This document shows, piece by piece, positions 49,301 to 55,994 of a stretch of DNA of 64,000 bases. Location of the stretch: positions 29,136-93,135 of the IMG/VR virus record IMGVR_UViG_3300021164_001175. One strand, given 5' to 3'. Made by a program: the position numbers and the translations under genes. The notes beneath the pieces were generated by a model. That model made no database searches, was not told the origin of the DNA, and saw nothing but the letters and a program-made list of their open reading frames with translations. The DNA comes from a virus (taxonomy: Duplodnaviria > Caudoviricetes). Every line of letters begins with the position of its first letter. The first letter of the stretch is position 1.

Positions 49301-52285
49301 TCTGCCAAGTTTCTGAATGGAGGCATCTTCTTCTGGGGTGACTTTCCCATTGCCTTTTCTCACCTTGTCCAAGCCACTCATTGCCTGCCTGTACTCACTT
49401 GATGAGAACTCGTCGGAGAGGAAGTCCCTGTTCCCTCTCTGCATGATTCGTTCGCCTTCATTTGGCATACGTGATGCAAAGCCGTCACGACTACGCATGT
49501 AGTCTTCGTAGTCGGGTTCGTACTTGGAATTTGCCTTTTCAACCATGTAGTCGTATTGGTCGTCTACGAGGTCACTGAAGAAACGCGAAGCTATTTCATC
49601 ACTTGCTACTGCCCTGATGGCATCGTCATCAGACTGGTATCTGTCAAATAAATCTTTAAGTTCAGAATCACTCAGTGGTTCTTTGCTTCGATTATTAAAA
49701 CTTTCCAACTTGTCAAATTCAACTTCACCATCACCGACATGGTCAATTATGTATTCTTCAATAAATGAGTCATCAAGTTCGTCGTCATCTGGTTCAAGAC
49801 CTCTATTGGAACCCCAAAGTCCACTGCCCTCACCGCGCGAAGCAAGACCACGAGCACTGTCACGACCTTGTTCAAGGACTAGGTCCTGCTCATCTGCTGA
49901 GAGCTTGTCAAAGTCATCTTCTGGGAACATTTCACCTTGGCCAGCGGCTTGCTGACGGTCACGCTTTGCCTTCGGAGTGTCAAGGTCTGCTGGATTTACT
50001 AGGTCAGCAAACTCTTTATCAAGTTGACCGTAGAAGCCTTCTTCGTATGATGCAAAAATATCTTCAGCATCTGCTTGAAGTTTTGAATCAGTTGACCAGT
50101 CGCCCTCAGGAAGAAGGTCACCAATTCTGTCGCTCCAAAGATTTTCCCCGCCCCACTCACTGGTTAGTGGACCATTTCCGTCCTGAAGCAAAAATGAAAC
50201 AATTCCATTTTCACGAATGAAGTCTTTATCTTCATCACTTAGATTCTTCAGGTTGTCTGCAAGAATCTGAGCCCTTCCAGATGCAATGTCTGAACCACGA
50301 CGACGCGAAGTATCAATTCTTTCTTGTTGTTCTGGCGTTACATCACCACGACTACCGAATCCACGCTTTGAACGATTTTTGTCGTATTCGGCGAGGAGTT
50401 CTCCATATTTGGGTTTCTCGTAGCGTGGATTGTTGCGACCACTGAAACCATATCCGAGACGAGTGTCTTCTGCAGCAGTTCCTTCTGGCAAGATGTCACG
50501 AACTCCACTGACATCAAATGTTTCTTTGCCAGTTGATTCTGTTCTCTTTGGTGGAACGAAATCTTTTCCAAACTGTTGCTTGTAAGCATCACGACGTGAG
50601 AACTCATGCGAAAGTTTGAAGAGTTCTGCATCTGTCTTTTCTCTGTCTGAACCAGTTTGTCCACGACGAGCAGCAACAAGTTTCTGACCTTCTGCACGGA
50701 GACTATCTTCTGACATGTCCCAGTACTTTGCGAGTCCTTCGTTTTCTGGTCGACGATTAGCAAGAAACGAAATGTCGTCCATTGTTCGTGGTTGCAAATC
50801 TCCGGCAGCCAATGCTTCTTGACGCTCTTGACCAGACAAAAGACTTGGGTCCTTAGTTGGCTTCTTGCCAGTCCTGATTGTCGGCTTGTCAAGTAGTTCA
50901 CTTGAGTTGCGATTCTTTCCACCAATATCTGGAAGATTCATGTCTGGCTTCTTGATAGGAATGTACGGTCTCTGGAATGCAGTACCGTCTTGTGCAATGC
51001 CGTCGCTGTCACCGTCGATTGCAAATGGGTTGAAAGTTGCTGCGAGGGTTCTTAAGTTACCAACTGACTGACCGATTGTTTGACCAATCGCCTTAACTGC
51101 AGTCTGAAGCGCATCAATTGCTTGTGCAGAGATGCTTCCGTTCACAATAATTCCATTGTCTGAATCAGTTGTTGAAAGATTGTGATACTTAAATACTGGT
51201 TGAAGCATGCTCTTGGCTTGCACAATGTGACCCTGAGGGATTTCAATAAGGTGCGCATATGCAGACTTACCAATACCCACTTGACCACCAAGCATTGTGT
51301 TCATTTCATCTTGGTCATCATCTCGGTACGGAATCTGCTGTGGTTGCATTGGAACCATTGATTCATCTGCTGGCTTAACTTCAATCTGTTGTTGAACTGG
51401 TGGCTTGTTTTGATTTCCAGAATAAGCTTCTGGCTTGCCAAACATAAATGTGTTGTAAGCGTCTGGAGTGTGGTAACCAACTCTGTACATAGAAACTTTT
51501 CCGTCAGTTGTTGTTCTACGGAAAACAATGAAACTATCTGTTGCTTCAACAATGTCAACCTTTGAGCCAGTTCTTTCACTAAGCTCTGATTGAATTTTCT
51601 GTGTCTTCTCAGCATCTAATGGTTGTGCAAGACCTTCTGCAAAAATATCAAAAGGCTCGTCTTGCTCTTGTTCCTGCTGCTGTGGTGCTGCAATAACAAT
51701 CATTCTTGGTTGTTGTAGTTGTTCACCCATCATTGACATGCCTGGAATAATTGGCATCATGTGATTCTTTGAATCGCTCTTGACGGAGATTGTTCCAGTC
51801 AATTGATTAGCACCATGAAGAACTGGTGACACTTCGTAGAGCTCTACTTCTCTGAGAACATTTGCTTGTTGTGTCGTATCAAACGCACCATTGATTGTTT
51901 TGTAACCAATAGACCATTCCTGCTCTTCTCCAAAGAATGCAACGCTCGCAAATGCTTCTTTGCCTTTTTCTGACTGGAGGTTAAATTGAACCTTTGCATA
52001 CAAACCGCCAATTCCAGCATTTTTCATTTTTGCTGGGAGACGTGGGTCACCTGGTGGAACTTCGTACATCTCAAGGACTTTTCCAATTGGGTCATTCCAA
52101 CTGTGAGCCCATACAACTCTTGGCTTACGACGGGTGAGGCTCTTGGCAAACGCACCAGTTACAACGATGTCACCAACTGAGTCCTTGTTGCCAATTCCTG
52201 CAACGAAACATTCGACAATTCCTTGCAGTTCGTCAAGAGCGATTGCTCCGCTAGCTGCTGATTTGAATTCAAATTGTTCGTTCAT
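40397..52285 (-). CDS. HK97-type prohead protease fused to a ~3,800-aa GFASRG-punctuated polyprotein (4 KTSC, ArdC, many small acidic modules)
   Basis: WAHSW (His), EWSIGY (Ser), LYEVSPV; lies right after the portal; GGTGG RBS before ATG 52285; 22 linker motifs. Confidence 0.9.
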   Translation of the reverse strand: MNEQFEFKSAASGAIALDELQGIVECFVAGIGNKDSVGDIVVTGAFAKSLTRRKPRVVWAHSWNDPIGKVLEMYEVPPGDPRLPAKMKNAGIGGLYAKVQFNLQSEKGKEAFASVAFFGEEQEWSIGYKTINGAFDTTQQANVLREVELYEVSPVLHGANQLTGTISVKSDSKNHMMPIIPGMSMMGEQLQQPRMIVIAAPQQQEQEQDEPFDIFAEGLAQPLDAEKTQKIQSELSERTGSKVDIVEATDSFIVFRRTTTDGKVSMYRVGYHTPDAYNTFMFGKPEAYSGNQNKPPVQQQIEVKPADESMVPMQPQQIPYRDDDQDEMNTMLGGQVGIGKSAYAHLIEIPQGHIVQAKSMLQPVFKYHNLSTTDSDNGIIVNGSISAQAIDALQTAVKAIGQTIGQSVGNLRTLAATFNPFAIDGDSDGIAQDGTAFQRPYIPIKKPDMNLPDIGGKNRNSSELLDKPTIRTGKKPTKDPSLLSGQERQEALAAGDLQPRTMDDISFLANRRPENEGLAKYWDMSEDSLRAEGQKLVAARRGQTGSDREKTDAELFKLSHEFSRRDAYKQQFGKDFVPPKRTESTGKETFDVSGVRDILPEGTAAEDTRLGYGFSGRNNPRYEKPKYGELLAEYDKNRSKRGFGSRGDVTPEQQERIDTSRRRGSDIASGRAQILADNLKNLSDEDKDFIRENGIVSFLLQDGNGPLTSEWGGENLWSDRIGDLLPEGDWSTDSKLQADAEDIFASYEEGFYGQLDKEFADLVNPADLDTPKAKRDRQQAAGQGEMFPEDDFDKLSADEQDLVLEQGRDSARGLASRGEGSGLWGSNRGLEPDDDELDDSFIEEYIIDHVGDGEVEFDKLESFNNRSKEPLSDSELKDLFDRYQSDDDAIRAVASDEIASRFFSDLVDDQYDYMVEKANSKYEPDYEDYMRSRDGFASRMPNEGERIMQRGNRDFLSDEFSSSEYRQAMSGLDKVRKGNGKVTPEEDASIQKLGRLYKARNNTTTNERNAINDVLKNLNSYVSGRSNGFASRGETTPKGPRFTPTRSDYEGDPDFESAFGPAADMFDELQENFGFDEYEAAEIMDAWLEADPSDRDEALRLQDEATPKGSVLFNYTGAAIDFHEMQRNNRDEGFASRGDRLDVPGKNNDLGKWWSSYEELSESERGIIEQSYYESNPGSPRPGARDWDSDYAQNDFEMDPDKYGYATDFRKESIEALKGSGADRDEAERVADYWIENDAIHDEYLKEADGDSLYAMALAYDNYLDAAADNYNERQRGFGSRGSGRPYDDEGDDSDDGYDAARDAYLTGEGPPVTARQRREYDAEVEADRQARRDGGFRSRGETASEGQKPPRTAVAMQMDPKNSKLARQIDYDPQNGDLTVYYRDGKKETFKDVPYDRVRKAGFDDKPDALIGTLQREQNKPQSRSGFASRSISDYSDDAQSAYYEDRVNKRRVQELQDEYGWDRSTAEDALNNWYELDEIDREEFYNEAGEDTIGGIYDAWETAQVNKENRSGFRSRGDDTMDYQDQYDAVVGEMFDALPDKKERIQEYLDEGYDRQLARETAIEKWLELQESENPELFMDEVNNRIADINDAGDAGDMGFASRGSDAIDEAIKKPSKPVKIREYGAEEYQDFNTSRNNDPQQTFDEPVSDDFKSHEDGAKFIGHTVTFSDGRRGVIVQGYGPEYQIIDNDEYPPSFSFDRVGSINIAVTHDKDGNRLDKIQYEKAEFNQESDLAIASEEYPFEYYNDPELADEFSKSSVQIDDNKVSLDEVEKLQRRPKGFASRGGRKSTDEYNEEVSDLLDVPSLDDNSSRGLQDSHTALLQQRKELIETRSRIAREIADANGVKIDSNTTIYDVTDDDDDIDLLESLDGAIEEATEKLERNRQYRTAKMSEVDEASDTWAKIQDLESNLINLYGDDGEGGLESDLSELTKRVEEIDNLEHIDGSSLWESQDEKKKILDLINLGEESENEKANDLLDALVSREVSVARDNYKDREYDTDEIPSVDGYDADYPEDRLFSSSGKSTSGFASRGSSRFDTVETPNSSAIEAVHYDRKTRELHVAFKPGQTGGEARYYTYSDVSPDYFDNEVAGSSSIGRVINDVKRNHDVEITNSSTIDAINGRGEVASTPTREKLSLSNWKPSPSGDKSSTTGASGIKYEVGKEYGLGDTYYAVGYRETPVPGEKSKIEYVMRHEGLDSLEVAQSYSRMQENLELGNSGKGSASGGSKIQDIDVRRSAALYESYYDPNSQELVVTFKDKDGNAGGSYIYEGVTSDEAQELASSSSKGKVINKIKASKSVRRASGSDRTDRDADASAELGEGSYEAQIDSHWNEIGPDEQSRYFTRAVDSAINAGSGTSADEITADAKARAYDDRQIAMMEMQAESLGMGYRNVDVGSSAALNRVQYDPDKRELRVEYRGRDGKGTGEFYIYENVPQSVVDDLEASDSRGATLRRVRDDFDFRREEAIPQSAFYSMGEPAERSNPKITNRTNENGFYLDENGKATNYNKRAYTTGDIQKVNARRNGRDGFASRVSINESSTGQRIVPSRMHSDDRESLAEITDPEERKQRIDELVEFYGPKIFAKPSKPKRKPSDYDDEGFLLDNVEPMDYSVEDGFASRGERLAALESALESGDREEQKAILKEIFRGQQYFAPEVQEQFGKRVTGQRLAWLGKEGNSYTPDKEITDEELADFIRYKFIRDMEESIAEGIDPEEGVSDEYGLSMEQIGEGLPYINLYDRALEILDEQNDGSFDTPSTVEEIADIVGSEELLFDALQREINIRRNKPKRPRQSGDYSDRQGFASRSTSRLDGDYQSAMSVDTPLDDNPSIFNALDRALPPAGGGTWDDSAKYEPSINTIPWSKMTTGQKRRVAEDMIDNNRAYFNQMDRDGATVGEIDKEIGRLYDGEAKANLIALERNLKQAKDDYYESARKMFERSNPGLSEDKIEEMLADLGLSEDDFEKLFAKNMDAFEMAALATELEEKRRTIVGLKPNPSTPKTGGDRPKVDPLSVLGGYSDGDVFGLTPRGFSSRGESGVKRKTKEEVFAEMQKQLIAALEDSENLGKWKLPWRRTGMPENGTTGRKYSGSNWFFLSVIADARGFDSNKWATYNQWQGLGGQVRKGEKGTTIFVPMFIKGKEKADGTSTDGRIMFKVATVFNLKQIDGMPDDFDKKEILPEAERVADLEKTISEIPAVIKNGGDKAFFQPSGDFIQVPDFENFNDARSYYSTVAHELMHWTGGNGRLGREQMGTFGTPEYAYEELVAEIASAMFMASHNIEPNIQENHGPYLASWLKKLKDDPEALEKAMTDAQKAVNYVLDISPNAKSKFSNGEKAEFETPEIAVVGNPVVSVQGLASRGDWPTSGGYEPSEFDMRTALSQIGRGNLMAISGTRAKKRNNEMVLPVNRNQQVIVGYDGGSDTYFVRAEQIITSGKDKGKTRVLGQWDNVYADELGETSYQASLKPSMLSDDNKVVWAQAFDHPQTGSLLDENGQVYENGLASGGDSMDPDELDAMDWAYDAAQDYMMEQEDMMPEGPSPEDGFASRMNLSREEKNEIIAIARRMGNRFTTSVVGQYDRNGELSDKQWDALNRMTLRRQGDQYVRNTRGLASRGDKKRPRVPKTNWTPEDRQSYVDGDRLRSKKRPGKRRNGPDASEYGFSSRGEPIDILPSDIVVGEESSGGRSWGFEPIVNRAARRFGGKQNMTDEQLAAELGVPVDVARKMRKPGARTRDVYLLDRLRIQVDGDRNLWGVGKDPLSYYDESGKPIDIEANIPDTGDMAPDVPGTRAPRSTVSRNYLDASAVLEEVGIDRDASRYSIIKENIDIFGETTWKRILSRGITAEEVDALLKAKKSKKKASDLYGDATEIATSVRRTDSMPLADVFSNQAFDSLRGKRGFPQQVVEAIAEVTGRRPSISTAKNFINNPRSSGSGTGRNPLSMSPAQIQLLLEKLGISSEEFDKFRSE
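42230..43186 (-). other. ardC: complete ArdC-like antirestriction module (ssDNA-binding N-domain + zincin) inside the polyprotein
   Basis: WKLPW, YSGSN, WATYNQW..GGQVRKGEKG, VFNLKQ, YYSTVAHELMHWTG, YAYEELVAE, YLASWL. Confidence 0.88.
44905..48215 (-). other. four KTSC domains inside the polyprotein
   Basis: SxAxxxxxYDxxxxELxVxF..YxYxxV pattern at ~48060-48215, ~45955-46170, ~45390-45590, ~44905-45110. Confidence 0.82.
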
Positions 52286-52312
52286 TTTCCACCAATCAAA
52301 TAGAGTGTTTAA

Positions 52313-52348
52313 ATCATAAGACACTTATTTGATTGGGGACTGCAACTA
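52313..52348 (-). promoter_or_regulatory. putative late promoter of the protease polyprotein
   Basis: TAGTTGCAG-N21-TATGAT. Confidence 0.65.
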
Positions 52349-52365
52349 ATCGCCAAAAAGTTTAT

Positions 52366-52391
52366 GTTTCACTATTTATATATAGTGAAAC
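52366..52391. terminator. AT-rich inverted repeat at the portal stop
   Basis: GTTTCACTAT...ATAGTGAAAC. Confidence 0.4.
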
Positions 52392-54403
52392 TAGTAAATT
52401 GAATTCCAAGCATCGTTTGTCTCTTCAAAAGCAACTTCGTGCCGAACTTTTCCATGAAGGTTGGCGTACATCTCAATGATTTCCTTCTTCAACGACTCAT
52501 GTCGGGCTTCTTCGCCTGGAGTATTGATTGCATTGATGATTGCATTCTTTACCTGACCAAACATGTCAGAGTTAAGTTGCTTGATGTTTTCAATATGTCG
52601 GTAGACCTTGACATTGATTTCAAGTTCGTTCCATGTTGCATTGGGTTGCTTTACTTCAATGGCATCTTTAACGATTGCTGACAGCACTGGCTTGATGTCT
52701 TCCTCTAATTGTCTGTTCCATACATCTGGACTGAGGATTGATTCGGCTTCAAGAGTTCCAGCAAATAGTGCCTTGCGTGATTTGACTCCATTTGCCTTTT
52801 CCATCACGACTCGTTGCTGTCTTTCCAGAACACGCTCAAGTGAGCGGTCTAGGATTTCGACCCATCTATCCATCGTCCTTGCAGGCTCTTCCGATTTGTA
52901 ACTCATCACCGAACTAGCAGAAGCCATTCCCTCTGGAAGTGGGGCAGTTGCTGTCTCGGGAGCGCCAAGTGGTGGAGACATTTCCCCCGGAGGTGCACCA
53001 GCGCCACTGGTTGCAGCAGCCAAAGCACCAGCCATAGTGTTCGGGTCAAGACCCGATGGTGGAGCACCCTCAATCGGTGGCATACCTGGAGGCATTGCAC
53101 CCTCTGGCCCTGGTGGCATTCCCGGAGCACCAGGTGCGGCACCAGCCATCATTGGTGGCTCTTCCATCTTCTTCTTTGTGTTGGCAATTGGCGTAAGGTT
53201 TGGATTCATTAGTAGTGAGTCAGCTAAGTCTGCATCAACCTCTTTGCGACCGCTCATCATTCGGTATTCGTTAACGCTGATGAGACCCTGCGAGAGTTCG
53301 TCTTTCAAATATCTTTCGCGCTCTTGCTTGTAGAGCATAAGAACTGGAACAAGGCTTGTGTCAAAGTCAATGTAATGAACATCATCAAGTTCGTCAAGGG
53401 CACGAGCAATCGGTTCTAGGTGAGGAAGCATTGTCTCGGTCCAGAACACACGAATTTCTTCGCTTGCATTACTAAAGGTTCTTCCAGCCGCATTGCCGAT
53501 TACCGTCTCTGGGACGCCGAATGCTGCAAGAATTTCTTCTTTCGTAATTTGTCGCATTTGAATATAGGCGGCATCACGTGGGCTTGCGGAAACATCAACA
53601 AAATCAACGCCATCGTCGGCAGACAGGACCGTAGTTCTTCCGGTGGTAGCGAGATTGCCTCTAAACCTGTTCTTTAGTTCTTCCTTGTCGTCATCATCAA
53701 TTTCGCCCTTAACTACAAGAAGGCTTCCTGGTCGACCATCATTCATCAAAAAGTTTCTGTTATATAGTTTTGCAAAGTTTTCAATTTCAATTGCAATACC
53801 GGCTGATTCCATTGGCGTTAACGACAAGTAAGGGTCAAGTGGGTGTGGTCTTCTAACCCAGACAACATCCTCTGGTTTGAGGATTACCGGCTCACCGTTT
53901 GGCATCATTACTTCGTAGCCAGAAACAAACTTCTTAGGGTCCGGGATTGGAGAAGTTGCTTGAGGCGGGAGAAGGTTTAGACCAATAATGTCACCGTTCC
54001 TGCCTCTTACCTTTTCAATGAATGCTCCACGGGTTCCAAGAAGCAACTGTGATGAAAGCCTGTAGCGAAAGATGAACGAGTTTTCACCGATGTTGGATTT
54101 AGTGTTTAATACTTGGAGAAGCGTCGAGTCTTCTGCTTTTCTACCAACAATGATTTCACCGTCCGGTGAGTTGTCTTTACGGAGAATAATTGGGAGTCTT
54201 GCTTGGTTCCCAGCAATTACGTCAATACACCTAGCCACCCATGTGACTCGCTGCATTCCTTCTCTGTAGGCTCGCTCAATATCCCAAGAGTCCTTGTATG
54301 GCTTACCAACAAAGGATGAATCATTGGCTATGGGCGCGCCGGCTCCAATCCCCTTGGAGTTGATATTATTGAGGGCTTTATTTGAGCCTGTGTTCCATGC
54401 CAT
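52391..54403 (-). CDS. HK97-family portal protein
   Basis: WVARCIDVIA, LLLGTRGAFI, NFLMNDGRPG, EILAAFGVP, ISVNEYR; Pro/Gly/Met-rich insertion. Confidence 0.92.
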   Translation of the reverse strand: MAWNTGSNKALNNINSKGIGAGAPIANDSSFVGKPYKDSWDIERAYREGMQRVTWVARCIDVIAGNQARLPIILRKDNSPDGEIIVGRKAEDSTLLQVLNTKSNIGENSFIFRYRLSSQLLLGTRGAFIEKVRGRNGDIIGLNLLPPQATSPIPDPKKFVSGYEVMMPNGEPVILKPEDVVWVRRPHPLDPYLSLTPMESAGIAIEIENFAKLYNRNFLMNDGRPGSLLVVKGEIDDDDKEELKNRFRGNLATTGRTTVLSADDGVDFVDVSASPRDAAYIQMRQITKEEILAAFGVPETVIGNAAGRTFSNASEEIRVFWTETMLPHLEPIARALDELDDVHYIDFDTSLVPVLMLYKQERERYLKDELSQGLISVNEYRMMSGRKEVDADLADSLLMNPNLTPIANTKKKMEEPPMMAGAAPGAPGMPPGPEGAMPPGMPPIEGAPPSGLDPNTMAGALAAATSGAGAPPGEMSPPLGAPETATAPLPEGMASASSVMSYKSEEPARTMDRWVEILDRSLERVLERQQRVVMEKANGVKSRKALFAGTLEAESILSPDVWNRQLEEDIKPVLSAIVKDAIEVKQPNATWNELEINVKVYRHIENIKQLNSDMFGQVKNAIINAINTPGEEARHESLKKEIIEMYANLHGKVRHEVAFEETNDAWNSIY

Positions 54404-54405
54404 AT

Positions 54406-54594
54406 TTATTCAAGACCTAACAAGAATCCGACTATTCCACATGCCAAACCTGCAACTATCAATCCAGCTGGAGGGAATATTAAACCAGCACCGATTGCCG
54501 TTAACAGTATAAATGAAATCATTAAAAAATTAGCGATATAACCACGGTTTATTAAAGCAAGTTTAATTTTAGCAAATATTCTTTTCATGCGCAC
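54406..54594 (-). CDS. small membrane protein upstream of the portal
   Basis: GAGLIFPPAGLIVAG two-TM pattern common before portal genes. Confidence 0.75.
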   Translation of the reverse strand: MRMKRIFAKIKLALINRGYIANFLMISFILLTAIGAGLIFPPAGLIVAGLACGIVGFLLGLE

Positions 54595-54656
54595 CGTCCT
54601 ACATTACCCGATTAATGTGTTCTAATCTAGAACAACAATTTTTATTTGGAGATTAC

Positions 54657-55961
54657 ATGCCTGACTGGGTTGAAATTCTTGAGTACCTTGAACCGAAGGA
54701 ACCACTGTATTGCCCAGAAGAAGGTTCCTTAAACCAAAGAGCATTCCTTAGATACTATGGGTTAGAAGCACTATTTGGCGGAGCAGCTGGCGGAGGAAAG
54801 TCTTCAGCATTGTTGATGGCGGCACTTCAGTACGTAGACATTCCCGGATATTCGGCAATTCTTTTTCGTAGAACATTTGCCGACTTGTCGCTTCCTGGAG
54901 CGTTGATGGACCGTTTCAAAGCATGGATTGCAAATTACGACGATATTCACTGGAATAACAACAGTTTTCAAGCAACCTTCCCATCTGGGGCAAGAATCTC
55001 ATTTGGTTATCTAAACAACACTGGCGACTACCTTCGTTACAAAGGTTCCGAATTCCAATTCATCGGAATGGATGAGGTTACGGAAATACGTGAATCCGAC
55101 TATCGCTACTTGTTCTCTCGTCTTCGCCGTCCTGCTGGTGGACCACTTTCTCAGGTTCCATTGAGGATGAGGTCGGCCTCAAACCCTGCCCCAAACTGGG
55201 TTCGCCAAAGATTTATCATCGAGGGGAAAAAGGAGGGAAGAATCTTCGTACCCTCCAAGCTGACCGATAACCCAGGAATTGATGCTGCATCATACCGACA
55301 GGCACTTTCCGCTCTTGACCCAGTTGAAAGACGAAGACTCGAAGAGGGTGACTGGTGGGCAACCACGCTAGGTAGCCTCTTTGATAGAACCTCAATGGTG
55401 CTTATTGATGAGGGGGATATCCCTCAAATCACTTCAGCGGCCAGAGTCGTTAGATTTTGGGACTTGGCAGCAACCGAGCCATCTTCCAGTAACCCAAACC
55501 CCGACTGGACGGTTGGGACTCTTATGATGTTTGACGGCGGTGTTGCCTACATCCTTGATGTGAAGAGAGCACGGGTCAGGGGCGAGAAGGTTGAAGCCCT
55601 AATCTCACAAACCGCCTACGAGGATGGGAAAATGGTGGCAATTAGAATGGAGCAAGAACCAGGCTCATCTGGAAAAGCCCTTGTTGACCAATATGCCCGA
55701 TATGTCCTTCCGGGTCATGACTTTCAAGGCTTGAGGGCAACTGGAGACAAGTTGACCAGAGCCAGACCATTTGCTGCAGCGGTGGCTAATGGAAACGTTC
55801 GAGTGATGCGAGGTGCATGGCTAACTGCTTGGCTTGATGAATTGTCCTCATTCCCTGAAGCCGCAGACCACGATGACCAAGTTGACTCTGCAGTTGGGGC
55901 TTTTACATTTTTAACTGGCTTGGGGTTGCCTCAGAGGAAAAGAGTCAGTATCATCGCTTAG
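54657..55961 (+). CDS. terL: terminase large subunit
   Basis: GGAAGGGKS, GMDE, SASNP, RFWDLA, EQEPGSSGK, HDDQVD; GGAG RBS before ATG 54657. Confidence 0.95.
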   Translation: MPDWVEILEYLEPKEPLYCPEEGSLNQRAFLRYYGLEALFGGAAGGGKSSALLMAALQYVDIPGYSAILFRRTFADLSLPGALMDRFKAWIANYDDIHWNNNSFQATFPSGARISFGYLNNTGDYLRYKGSEFQFIGMDEVTEIRESDYRYLFSRLRRPAGGPLSQVPLRMRSASNPAPNWVRQRFIIEGKKEGRIFVPSKLTDNPGIDAASYRQALSALDPVERRRLEEGDWWATTLGSLFDRTSMVLIDEGDIPQITSAARVVRFWDLAATEPSSSNPNPDWTVGTLMMFDGGVAYILDVKRARVRGEKVEALISQTAYEDGKMVAIRMEQEPGSSGKALVDQYARYVLPGHDFQGLRATGDKLTRARPFAAAVANGNVRVMRGAWLTAWLDELSSFPEAADHDDQVDSAVGAFTFLTGLGLPQRKRVSIIA

Positions 55962-55994
55962 GTACTAATAGCCACTCTTACTAAAAGGAGCAAT

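Noticed and set aside
41303-50449. GFASRG copies as a DNA repeat array (CRISPR-like repeats, recombination sites, integron-like att sites)
   Set aside because: Copies differ mainly at synonymous positions, spacing is irregular (~90-1,500 nt) and all stay in one reading frame, so the constraint is on the peptide. A secondary role as recombination microhomology is not excluded.
41303-50449. GFASRG as a prepilin-peptidase site (G/F), 2A ribosomal skip or intein junction
   Set aside because: No hydrophobic helix or Glu+5 follows GF; no DxExNPGP; no Cys/Ser...His-Asn intein ends.
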